From NCBI GenBank assembly GCA_029565685.1, contig JAKQNR010000011.1, positions 81,962 to 145,961 on the forward strand: a stretch of DNA of 64,000 nt, read 5' to 3'. How positions within the stretch are numbered: position 1 is the first letter of the stretch; each line of letters begins with the position of its first letter. The notes under the pieces were generated by a model. The model did not search any database and was not told the DNA's origin. It saw only the letters and a list, made by a program, of their open reading frames with translations. A program made the position numbers and the translations under genes. This stretch comes from a bacterium. Its GTDB lineage: Bacteria > Zhuqueibacterota > Zhuqueibacteria > Residuimicrobiales > Residuimicrobiaceae. Positions 55,640 to 64,000 of the stretch are shown here, piece by piece.

Positions 55640-58468
55640 ATGTTGTCCCAAGGCTACGATGCGCTGCATAAAGCCCTTTCCCTTCAAATCCCCGCCTCAC
55701 GCCTGTTGCACGATGATCTCAGCGCTCTGGCCTTTGGCACCGACGCAGGTTTTTATCGCTTATTGCCCAAACTGGTGGTAAAAGCGGAAACGGAGAGCGA
55801 GATCCAGTTGATTCTGCGCGAGTGTTGCCGACGCGATCTGCCGCTCACCTTTCGCGCCGCCGGAACCAGTCTGTCCGGCCAGGCGATTTCCGATTCGGTT
55901 CTGGTGATGCTGGATCAGGGATGGAAGAACATCGCGGTCCTCGATCACGGCGACAGGATCCGGATGCAGCCCGGGGTGCTGGGCAGCGCGGCCAATGCCG
56001 CTTTGTCGTCCATGGCGCGAAAGATCGGCCCGGATCCTGCATCCATCAACTCGGCCATGATCGGCGGCATCGTGGCCAATAACGCCGGCGGCATGTGCTG
56101 CGGCACGGAACAAAACAGCTATCAGACCCTGGCCTCTCTGCGCTTGATCCTGAGCGACGGAACTCTGCTCGACACCGGCGACGAGAATTCGATCGCTGCA
56201 TTTCAAGCGAGCCACGCTGATCTGCTGCATCGCCTTTCCGCCCTGGCCCAGCGGGTGCGCAGCGATGCCGAGCTGAGCGCGCGCATTCGCAGCAAATACA
56301 AAATGAAAAATACGGTGGGATACAGCCTCAATGCGTTGCTGGATTTTCAGGATCCTGTAAAAATCATCGAACATCTAATGGTCGGCTCCGAAGGCACGCT
56401 TGGATTCATCAGCGAGATCACTCTGCTGACGGTTCCGGATTGCGCGGAAAAAGCATCGGCGTTGATGATTTTTCCCGACATCGAACAGGCGTGCCGGGCG
56501 GTGACCGCCATGAAAAATTGTCCGGTGAATGCCGTGGAGCTGATGGACCGGGCGGCCTTGCGCTCAGTAGAAAACAAAACCGGCATGCCGTCTTATCTGA
56601 AAACCCTGGGCAAAGACGCCGCTGCTTTGCTGGTGGAAACGCGCGCCCCTTTTGAAGATCGCCTGCTGAAAAATCTCAAGGAGATCGAGTCCGCTCTGGT
56701 CGGCTTTCAGACCGTGATTCCAACCGCCTTCACCCGGCAGCTGGACGAGTACACCCAGCTCTGGGACATTCGTAAAGGATTGTTTCCATCTGTTGGGGCC
56801 ATGCGCGAAACCGGAACAACGGTCATCATCGAGGATGTCGCTTTTCCGGTTCCCCGTTTGGCTGAAGCGGTGTTGGATCTTCAGAATCTATTCACCATCC
56901 ACGGCTACCATGACACCATCATTTTCGGCCACGCCCTGGAAGGAAGTCTGCATTTCGTTTTTAAACAGGATTTCAACCGACCGGCGGAGGTGGAACGGTA
57001 CAGCCGGTTTATGGACGAGGTGGCATCCCTGGTGGTGGAAAAATACGACGGTTCCCTCAAAGGGGAACACGGCACCGGCCGCAACATGGCGCCTTTTGTC
57101 GAATTTGAATGGGGTAAAAAAGCGTATGAGGTCATGCGGGAGATCAAACAACTGCTGGATCCCAAGAATCTGCTCAACCCCGGCGTGATTCTGAACGACG
57201 ATCCCAAGGCTCATCTCGCCCATCTCAAGCCGTTGCCGCCTGCACATCCGCTCATCGATAAATGCATCGAGTGCGGTTTTTGCGAGGTGCATTGCGTCTC
57301 CAACCATCTTACGCTTTCCGCCCGCCAGCGCATTGTGGTCTATCGCGAGATCGCACGGTTGCGCGCCAGCGGCGAAGAGCAGCACCGGTTGGCCCAGCTG
57401 GCGGATGGATATGCCTATCGGGGCCAGGAAACCTGTGCAACCGACGGCCTTTGCGCCCGTGGCTGTCCGGTTGAAATCAACACCGGCGAGTTGATCAAAA
57501 TTTTGCGACACGATCAGGCAACCGAGCGCGCGAAATGCATCGCCGGCTGGATCGGCGGCCACATGCGCCAGGTGACCGCCGGCGCGCGCCTGGGCTTGAG
57601 CCTGGTGCAGGGATTTCAACGGATCCTCGGCAACCGCCTCATGGGTGGAATAGCCGGAACGCTGCGCCTCGTGTCCGGCAAACGCATTCCGCTGTGGAAC
57701 CCCCATATGCCCGGCGGTGCGCCCAGGCTCAGCACCGCATCCTCAGGCCGAACAAACGGCCGTAAAGTGGTCTATTTCCCCTCTTGCATCACCCGCTCCA
57801 TGGGCACAGCAGCCGGGGACGGCGAAACCATGGCGGTGACGGAAAAGACCGCCGCCCTGTTGCGTAAAGCCGGTTATGAGATCATTTATCCAAAAGCCTT
57901 GGATGACTTGTGCTGCGGCATGGCGTTTTCCAGCAAAGGGTTCACTGAGGAGGGAAACCGCAAGGCCAATGAGCTGCAGCAGGCTCTGCTTCAAGCCAGC
58001 GAAGACGGCAACCTGCCCATCCTCTGCGACATGAGTCCCTGTCTCTACCGCATGAAAGAGACGCTGGATAAAAAATTGAAACTATATGAGCCCATCGAGT
58101 TTACTTTAAAGTTTTTAACGCCCTATTTGACCTTCAAACGTTTGCCGGAAACCATTGCCATTCATCCGGTGTGCAGCGCCAAAAAGATGGGATTGGAAGC
58201 CGGCATGGTTCAATTGGCCTCTCTGTGCGCTGAAAAAGTGGTGGTGCCGGAGAACAACTGCTGCGGGTTCGCCGGAGACCGCGGATTCACTCATCCCGAA
58301 TTGAACCGGCATGGGTTGCGACGACTAAAAGAACAGCTGCCCGCAGACTGCAGCGGCGGTTACTCTACCAGCCGCACTTGCGAAATCGGTCTGTCTCTGC
58401 ACAGCGGTCTGACCTATAAATCCATTCTCTATCTTGTGGACCGATGTACAGAGCCCAAAGCGGGCTGA
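55640..58468 (+). CDS. FAD-linked oxidase fused to Fe-S/CCG-domain module (YdiJ/D-2-hydroxyacid dehydrogenase-like)
   Basis: The FAD-binding PCMH domain has FRAAGTSLSGQA. A 4Fe-4S motif CIECGFCEVHC is present. Two CCG motifs (LCCGMAFSSKGF, NCCGFAGDRGF) are like GlpC/HdrD. The start is chosen at ATG 55640, 8 nt after GGAGGA. Confidence 0.8.
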   Translation: MLSQGYDALHKALSLQIPASRLLHDDLSALAFGTDAGFYRLLPKLVVKAETESEIQLILRECCRRDLPLTFRAAGTSLSGQAISDSVLVMLDQGWKNIAVLDHGDRIRMQPGVLGSAANAALSSMARKIGPDPASINSAMIGGIVANNAGGMCCGTEQNSYQTLASLRLILSDGTLLDTGDENSIAAFQASHADLLHRLSALAQRVRSDAELSARIRSKYKMKNTVGYSLNALLDFQDPVKIIEHLMVGSEGTLGFISEITLLTVPDCAEKASALMIFPDIEQACRAVTAMKNCPVNAVELMDRAALRSVENKTGMPSYLKTLGKDAAALLVETRAPFEDRLLKNLKEIESALVGFQTVIPTAFTRQLDEYTQLWDIRKGLFPSVGAMRETGTTVIIEDVAFPVPRLAEAVLDLQNLFTIHGYHDTIIFGHALEGSLHFVFKQDFNRPAEVERYSRFMDEVASLVVEKYDGSLKGEHGTGRNMAPFVEFEWGKKAYEVMREIKQLLDPKNLLNPGVILNDDPKAHLAHLKPLPPAHPLIDKCIECGFCEVHCVSNHLTLSARQRIVVYREIARLRASGEEQHRLAQLADGYAYRGQETCATDGLCARGCPVEINTGELIKILRHDQATERAKCIAGWIGGHMRQVTAGARLGLSLVQGFQRILGNRLMGGIAGTLRLVSGKRIPLWNPHMPGGAPRLSTASSGRTNGRKVVYFPSCITRSMGTAAGDGETMAVTEKTAALLRKAGYEIIYPKALDDLCCGMAFSSKGFTEEGNRKANELQQALLQASEDGNLPILCDMSPCLYRMKETLDKKLKLYEPIEFTLKFLTPYLTFKRLPETIAIHPVCSAKKMGLEAGMVQLASLCAEKVVVPENNCCGFAGDRGFTHPELNRHGLRRLKEQLPADCSGGYSTSRTCEIGLSLHSGLTYKSILYLVDRCTEPKAG

Positions 58469-58509
58469 TGGCAATATTCGAATAGCATCACATCATAGGG
58501 AGAAGCCTC

Positions 58510-60714
58510 TTGCGTAAAGCCCATCTCTTTATTCCGCTCTTGTTATTTGGGTTCTCATGTTCTTTTAATAACTCGGTTGTCTTTTATGTTTCCCCGCAAG
58601 GGGATGACGCCTGGTCAGGACGGAAAATGTCCCAACAGGCGACCGAACAAGACGGCCCTTTTGCCACGCTGGAACGGGCGCGTCAGGCGCTGCGCCAGGC
58701 AAGCGGCCAACCGCGGACCGTGGTGATCGAACCCGGGGTTTACAGCTTGACTAAAGGCCTGGTGCTGGACTCTTTGGATTCCGGCACTCGCCGGCATCCG
58801 GTGGTCTGGCGGGCAGCCGGCAAAGTGCAGCTGGTGGGCGCGCGGGTGGTGCAAGAGTGGCAACCGCTGCAAGAGCCTGCGCTGCTGAACCGGTTGCAGC
58901 CCGGCGCCCGAAGCGAGGTGCTGGTCATCGATCTGGATAAAGAGGGGATCGGCGAGATTGCAGAGATGAGTCAGCGCGGCAGCCCGCCCCTGGAATTGTT
59001 TTGTCACAATCAACGGATGACCATGGCGCGTTTTCCCAACGACGGCTGGCTGTTGATCGCCGATGTTCCGCAGACAGGCGCGCAAAGATTCAATCAGGGC
59101 CTGGAGCGGGAAAAACGGTTCAACGGCGTTCCAGTGGGCCGCCATTACGGCCGTATCGCCTATCAAGAGCTTCAACCGGATCAATGGGCGGAGGAGAATG
59201 AGATTTATCTTCATGGATTCTGGACCTGGGATTGGAGCGACTCCTACCAAAAAGCGGCGGCCATCGATGCCAGGAACAAAGAGATCACCATCGCCGAGCC
59301 GCATCATCACTACGGTTATACCAAAAATCAACGCTACTATTTTCTCAACGTGCTCGAAGAGCTGGACAAGCCGGGTGAATGGGTGCTGGACCGGAAGCGC
59401 CGGCGCATCTATTTCTGGCCGCCGCAGCCGCTGCTGCCCGCAGATGTAAAAATCAGCGTGTTGACCGAACCGCTGCTGACCTTACAGGCTGCTCATCATG
59501 TCGAATGGCGTGGGATGGACTTTTGTCAGACACTGGGCCAGGGCGTGCTGATCCGCGGCGGTCACGACAACCGCCTGACCGACTGCCGGCTCTACCAGAC
59601 CGGCGGGGATGCGATCACCCTGGATGGCGGCCTTCGCCACCATGTGCACGAGTGCGATGTGTTCGACGTCAGCTTGGCCGGCCTGGTCCTTCGCGGCGGC
59701 GACCGTAGAACCCTGCAGCCCTCGGGGCACGAGGCGGTGAACAATCACATCCATCACTACAGTCAGTGGCTGCGCACCGGACAGTATGCCTTTTTTCTCG
59801 ATGGCGTAGGCCATCGGCTGGCCCACAATCTGGTTCACGACGCACCGCATGAGGCGGTGTATCTGCGCGGCAACGATCATGTGGTGGAGTATAACGAATT
59901 TCATGACATCTGTCAGCAGACCGGCGATGCCGGCGCCCTGCATACCGGCCGCAATTGGACCTGGCGCGGCAACGTAATCCGCTTCAACTATTGGCATGAT
60001 CTGAAAGGGCCGGGGCTGCACGGCGTAGCCGCGGTGTATCTCGATGACTGGGGCAGCGGCTTTCATGTGCACGGCAATCTGTTTTACCGGGCCGGCCGCG
60101 CCACCTTGATCGGCGGCGGCCGCGACAACCTCGTCGAGAACAACATCTACATAGAGTGCCAGCCCTCGTTGCATCTGGATGCACGCGGGCTCGGCTGGGC
60201 CTGCTATTATTTCAACGGCACCTATCCCACGCTGTTCGAAACCTACCGGGAGATGAACGCAGACCAACCGCCCTACAGCGTCCGCTATCCGCCATTGAAA
60301 AATCTGCTGAACGACGAACCGGCTGCGCCGAAGAACAACCGCCTGATCAACAACGTGAGCCTGGGCGGTCGTTGGCTGGATATCTATGATTACAACGTGT
60401 GGCAAGACGAGTGGGCGACGCTGCGGGGCAATGTCTCGGCCGACACGATCATCTGCCGGCGCCGTTTGCCCCATCTGTCCGGTTGGGATCCCTATTATCT
60501 CAACATCGACTGGATCGACGGCTTTGAACACTTGCGCGCCGATGACCCGCGGCTGGCGGGTGAGTTCAGCGGCAACACCTTCCACTCTGCACCTTTTATA
60601 ACGTTCGATCCGTCGGCGAAAAAACTCACCATCGCCGATCCCACGCTTCTGCCGCCCGGATTCCAACTGCCGCCGTTGGAGAGAATGGGACTGCAAAGAA
60701 AAACAGACAAGTAA
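58510..60714 (+). CDS. Secreted right-handed parallel beta-helix (pectin-lyase-fold) protein
   Basis: A signal peptide is present. Repeated beta-helix-like N/H/G-rich turns occur (NNHIHHY, GNDHVVEYNEFHD, NVIRFNYWHD, NNIYIE). Confidence 0.45.
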   Translation: MRKAHLFIPLLLFGFSCSFNNSVVFYVSPQGDDAWSGRKMSQQATEQDGPFATLERARQALRQASGQPRTVVIEPGVYSLTKGLVLDSLDSGTRRHPVVWRAAGKVQLVGARVVQEWQPLQEPALLNRLQPGARSEVLVIDLDKEGIGEIAEMSQRGSPPLELFCHNQRMTMARFPNDGWLLIADVPQTGAQRFNQGLEREKRFNGVPVGRHYGRIAYQELQPDQWAEENEIYLHGFWTWDWSDSYQKAAAIDARNKEITIAEPHHHYGYTKNQRYYFLNVLEELDKPGEWVLDRKRRRIYFWPPQPLLPADVKISVLTEPLLTLQAAHHVEWRGMDFCQTLGQGVLIRGGHDNRLTDCRLYQTGGDAITLDGGLRHHVHECDVFDVSLAGLVLRGGDRRTLQPSGHEAVNNHIHHYSQWLRTGQYAFFLDGVGHRLAHNLVHDAPHEAVYLRGNDHVVEYNEFHDICQQTGDAGALHTGRNWTWRGNVIRFNYWHDLKGPGLHGVAAVYLDDWGSGFHVHGNLFYRAGRATLIGGGRDNLVENNIYIECQPSLHLDARGLGWACYYFNGTYPTLFETYREMNADQPPYSVRYPPLKNLLNDEPAAPKNNRLINNVSLGGRWLDIYDYNVWQDEWATLRGNVSADTIICRRRLPHLSGWDPYYLNIDWIDGFEHLRADDPRLAGEFSGNTFHSAPFITFDPSAKKLTIADPTLLPPGFQLPPLERMGLQRKTDK

Positions 60715-60738
60715 AAAAGATTGAAAAGGAGACCTGTC

Positions 60739-62184
60739 ATGTTTAAAAAAGCAGCGATCTGTTTTTTGATTTTGTGCCTCGGCGTCGCCTGGGCGCAGAC
60801 CTGGCAGCCCAGTTGGGAGTCGTTGGACAAGCGGCCCACGCCGCAGTGGTGGCTCGACGCCAAGTTCGGCATCTTTATTCACTGGGGCGTCTATTCGGTG
60901 CCCGCGTTTTCCAAAGTCGGACAGTATTCGGAATGGTATTGGCACAGCCTTGTGCAAGGGCAGAAAGAGTACGTCGATTTCCATCGCAACAACTATGGTC
61001 CGGGATTTCAATACGCCGATTTTGTGCCGATGTTCAAAGCCGAGCTGTTCAATCCGGATCAATGGGCGGATCTGTTTGAACGCTCCGGCGCCAAGTATGT
61101 CGTGCTGACCTCCAAACACCACGAAGGCTACACTCTGTGGCAGAATGAACAGGCCAATCGCTCCTGGGGCCGGCCCTGGAATGCGGTGGAGACCGGCCCG
61201 TGCCGGGATCTGCTGGGCGATCTCACCACCGCGGTGCGCAAGACCAGCGTCAAAATGGGCATCTATTACTCGCTCTATGAATGGTACAACCCGATCTATC
61301 ACAGCGATGTAAACGCTTTTGTCGAGCAGCACCTCTTTCCTCAGTTCAAGGACGTGGTGAACAAGTACGCCCCTGCGGTGATCTTTTCCGACGGCGAATG
61401 GGACCACCCCAGTTCAACCTGGCGCAGCGAAGAACTGCTGAGCTGGCTGTTCAATGAATCTCCCTGCAAGGATGAAGTGGTCATCGACGACCGCTGGGGC
61501 AAGGATACAAGGCATAAACACGGCGGCTATTACACCACGGAATACGGTTCCGGTTTGGCGGACGCCAGCCATCCCTGGGAAGAGTGCCGCGGCATCGCCC
61601 ATTCATTCGGCTACAGCCGGATGGAGACGCCGGACGATTATCAGAGCGACCAGTCCCTGTTGCTGATGTTGATCGACATCGTCAGCCGCGGCGGCAATTT
61701 CCTTCTCGACATCGGCCCTACCGCCGACGGCCGCATTCCGGATATCATGCAGGAGCGGCTGCTGCGCATGGGAAGCTGGCTCAAGGTCAACGGCGAAGCC
61801 ATCTATGGCGCCGCCACCTGGAAAAAATCCTGTCAATGGAGCAAGGGCAAGGTGCAGGAGGCGGAGCGGGGTGAGTACAAGAAAAAATACGACATCATCG
61901 AATTGACTGTGGCGCCCAAGCCGGGAATGGCTCACAAAGAGCTTTTTTTCACCCGCAAGGGCGATACCGTCTATGCCATCGCCCCCGACTATCCCGACGA
62001 TCAGCTGGTCATCCGCGACGTCAAACCCTCCTCCAGCACTAAAATCCGGCTTTTGGGACACGACAAGGATCTGAAATGGCGGCTGAAAAAGGGTGAGATC
62101 GTCGTCAGCCTGCCCAATCTGATGTCCACGCCGCTGCGCCATCAGCATGCATTCGCGTTTCGCATCACTCAGGTGGCGGAGTAA
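60739..62184 (+). CDS. GH29 alpha-L-fucosidase
   Basis: The ATG at 60739 follows an AAAGGAG RBS, and a signal peptide is present. The GH29 N-terminal block WLDAKFGIFIHWGVYSVPAF is present, and the sequence LTSKHHEGYTLW contains the HEG motif. Confidence 0.85.
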   Translation: MFKKAAICFLILCLGVAWAQTWQPSWESLDKRPTPQWWLDAKFGIFIHWGVYSVPAFSKVGQYSEWYWHSLVQGQKEYVDFHRNNYGPGFQYADFVPMFKAELFNPDQWADLFERSGAKYVVLTSKHHEGYTLWQNEQANRSWGRPWNAVETGPCRDLLGDLTTAVRKTSVKMGIYYSLYEWYNPIYHSDVNAFVEQHLFPQFKDVVNKYAPAVIFSDGEWDHPSSTWRSEELLSWLFNESPCKDEVVIDDRWGKDTRHKHGGYYTTEYGSGLADASHPWEECRGIAHSFGYSRMETPDDYQSDQSLLLMLIDIVSRGGNFLLDIGPTADGRIPDIMQERLLRMGSWLKVNGEAIYGAATWKKSCQWSKGKVQEAERGEYKKKYDIIELTVAPKPGMAHKELFFTRKGDTVYAIAPDYPDDQLVIRDVKPSSSTKIRLLGHDKDLKWRLKKGEIVVSLPNLMSTPLRHQHAFAFRITQVAE

Positions 62185-62191
62185 GGCGGAC

Positions 62192-63349
62192 ATGACGAAT
62201 TGCAGGATGAGCCGGCGTGAGCGGCTGACTGCGACGTTCCAGGGCCGGCCCGTGGATCGGCCGGCGGTATGCTTTTATGAGATCAATGGACTTGACGAAA
62301 ATCCGTTGGATGATTCACCGTTCAATATCTATTCCGATCCTTCCTGGTCGCCGCTTCTGGAGCTGGCACGGGAAAAATCCGACCGCATCGTTCTGCGCGG
62401 CGTGGCCTTTAAGGAGAACCTGCCGGATCCGGTGGAACCGTTTGCCGTGGTCGCAACCGAACAGACGGGTCGCTCTCTTTTTACCACCAAAACGATCACC
62501 GTGGCGGGCCGGACCCTTGTCAGCCGCACCCGCCGCGATAGGGACATCAACACCATTTGGACGTTGGAGCATTTTATCAAATCCGTCGAGGATTTGCAGA
62601 CGCTGCTGCAGTTGCCCATGGAAACCCTCAAGGGAACGGCGGATCCTCAGCCCATTCTTTCGGCTGAGCAAGCCCTCGGCGAAACCGGCGTGGCGATGAT
62701 CGATACGCCGGATCCCATTTGTCTGGCCGCCGGATTGTTCAGCATGGAGCTTTTCACCGTCATCGCCCTGACGGAGCAAACGCTGCTGCATCGTCTTTTG
62801 GAAAAACTGGCGGCGTTTTTATATCCCCTGACCGACGCCATTGCCGCACAGCTGCCGGGCCGCCCCTGGCGCATTTACGGGCCCGAGTATGCAGCGCCTC
62901 CGTTTCTGCCGCCGCAATTGTTTCGCGATTATGTGGTGCGCTATGATCAGCCTCTGATCGATGCCATCCACGCCGGCAACGGCTTTGCGCGGCTGCACGC
63001 TCACGGCCGTCTGCGCGAAATCCTTGCCGATATTTTATCCACCGGCTGCGACGGTTTGGATCCCATCGAGCCGCCGCCGCAGGGAGATATGGCCCTGTAT
63101 GAAGTCAAACGCATCGCCGGCCGGCAGCTGGTGCTGTTTGGAAATCTGGAGGTTTCGGATATCGAAAACCTTCCCACCGTCCTGTTCAGAAAAAAGGTGG
63201 ATACCGCGCTGGCAGAAGGCGCCGGCGGCGAGGGGCGCGGGTTCGTGCTGATGCCTTCCGCTTGTCCCATCGGTCGTATATTAAAGACTCGCAGTCTGGA
63301 AAATTACCGCTGCATGGTGGAAAGGGCGGAGGCGTTCGCAAGCCGCTGA
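62192..63349 (+). CDS. URO-D family protein (second copy)
   Basis: The N-terminal RLTATFQGRPVDRPAV matches the URO-D/MtaA N-terminus (R..A.L.GE.VDR.PV). The C-terminus LHAHGRLREILADILSTGCDGLDPIEPP matches the HxCG...D...EP block. Confidence 0.5.
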   Translation: MTNCRMSRRERLTATFQGRPVDRPAVCFYEINGLDENPLDDSPFNIYSDPSWSPLLELAREKSDRIVLRGVAFKENLPDPVEPFAVVATEQTGRSLFTTKTITVAGRTLVSRTRRDRDINTIWTLEHFIKSVEDLQTLLQLPMETLKGTADPQPILSAEQALGETGVAMIDTPDPICLAAGLFSMELFTVIALTEQTLLHRLLEKLAAFLYPLTDAIAAQLPGRPWRIYGPEYAAPPFLPPQLFRDYVVRYDQPLIDAIHAGNGFARLHAHGRLREILADILSTGCDGLDPIEPPPQGDMALYEVKRIAGRQLVLFGNLEVSDIENLPTVLFRKKVDTALAEGAGGEGRGFVLMPSACPIGRILKTRSLENYRCMVERAEAFASR

Positions 63350-63495
63350 GCCGGCCGCTTATACGACCGCGGCAAACGGCAGTCGCCGCGGCAACGACCA
63401 GAGTCGACAACGGCCGACGGCTGCAGGCGAAAAATCATCTTGCTTTTGATCTGCGCCCGTTCTATTTTCTCTACTAACCATAAAGGAATGACGCG

Positions 63496-64000
63496 TGTCT
63501 ATCAAGAGGAAAATATCCCGGCGCCGGTTTTTTCAGTCCATGGCGGCGCTTTCCGCCCCGGCGCTGGTTCCAGGATCCGCTTGGAGCCGGGGCAACAGCG
63601 TCTTGCCCAACGATCGCATCACCCTTGGATTCATCGGCGTCGGCAAGCAGGGCTATTATCTTTTGCGCAACTTTTTGCAGCATAGCCAGAGCCGCATCGT
63701 TGCGGTGTGCGATGTCGACGCTTTGAAGCTCAGCCGAGCTAAACGCACGGTCGACGAGTTTTATGCTGCAGCCGGCAGCGCCAACGGCTGTTCGGCCTAC
63801 AGCGATTATCGGGAACTGCTGCAGCGCAGCGACATCGACGCGGTGGTTATCGCCACGCCGGATCACTGGCATGCGCTTCAGGCCATTCAGGCCATGCGGC
63901 TGGGCAAAGACGTCTATGGCGAAAAGCCGCTGTCGCTCACCATCGGCCAGGCGCGGCAGATGGCGGATGAGGCGCGTCGCTGGGGCCGGGTGTTTCAAAC
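63496..64000 (+). CDS. Gfo/Idh/MocA-family oxidoreductase with twin-arginine signal peptide (3'-truncated by window end; absent from the ORF track)
   Basis: The GTG at 63496 follows an in-frame TGA. The twin-arginine signal peptide is SRRRFFQSMAALSAPALVPGSAWS. Then come ITLGFIGVGKQGYY (Rossmann), AVCDVD and AVVIATPDHWHA, all typical of Gfo/Idh/MocA. Confidence 0.55.

Noticed and set aside
59482-61407. 641-aa minus-strand ORF
   Set aside because: It lies antisense across two well-supported plus-strand genes, the beta-helix protein and the GH29 fucosidase, both with clear motifs. It is a typical long antisense ORF of high-GC DNA and has no motifs.

Overview
The window is high-GC bacterial DNA, probably from an FCB-group or candidate-phylum genome. 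This is an inference from the T9SS C-terminal sorting tails, the Tad/Flp pilus locus and the sigma-54 regulator; no rRNA is present to confirm it. Most minus-strand ORFs in the supplied track that overlap long plus-strand genes are read as high-GC antisense artefacts.

Features, in order:
- 1-4.3 kb: GH38 alpha-mannosidase, TrmH/SpoU RNA methyltransferase, HD hydrolase.
- 4.37-17.3 kb: an arsenic/metalloid island driven by a consensus sigma-70 promoter. Order: arsR, an octaheme c-type cytochrome, arsP-like permease, arsM, acr3, two thioredoxin-fold proteins, ccdA, a DGC-domain protein, a CDF transporter, an FmdE-TauE-FmdE triad, and an ArsC fused to a pyrroline-5-carboxylate-reductase-like domain.
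- 17.3-20.1 kb: an alginate-export-like outer-membrane protein and a small pair of proteins (Cys-rich protein plus DsrE-like).
- 20.2-23.0 kb: a 951-aa secreted protein with an HExxH motif and PD40 beta-propeller repeats.
- 23.0-26.1 kb: a long-form KamA-family radical SAM gene, a tRNA-Sec (UCA anticodon), and a fluoride riboswitch with crcB and a DUF190 gene.
- 26.2-38.2 kb: three giant secreted proteins in a row. These are a BNR/Ycf48-like propeller protein with a T9SS tail, an S8 subtilase, and a 1551-aa InlB-B-repeat protein with a T9SS tail that contains about seven near-identical 231-bp tandem DNA repeats. The first two share an undescribed ~70-aa domain in tandem pairs.
- 38.4-49.4 kb: a complete Tad/Flp pilus locus (two flp, cpaA, tadE, cpaB, cpaC, tadG, cpaE, cpaF, tadB, tadC, a lipoprotein, a DUF192-methyltransferase fusion). 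A convergent sigma-54 GAF activator follows it.
- 51.5-64.0 kb: an esterase remnant and a glycan-related cluster (epimerase, GT4, two URO-D-family proteins, FAD/FeS oxidoreductase, beta-helix protein, GH29 fucosidase), then a TAT-signal Gfo/Idh/MocA oxidoreductase truncated by the window end.
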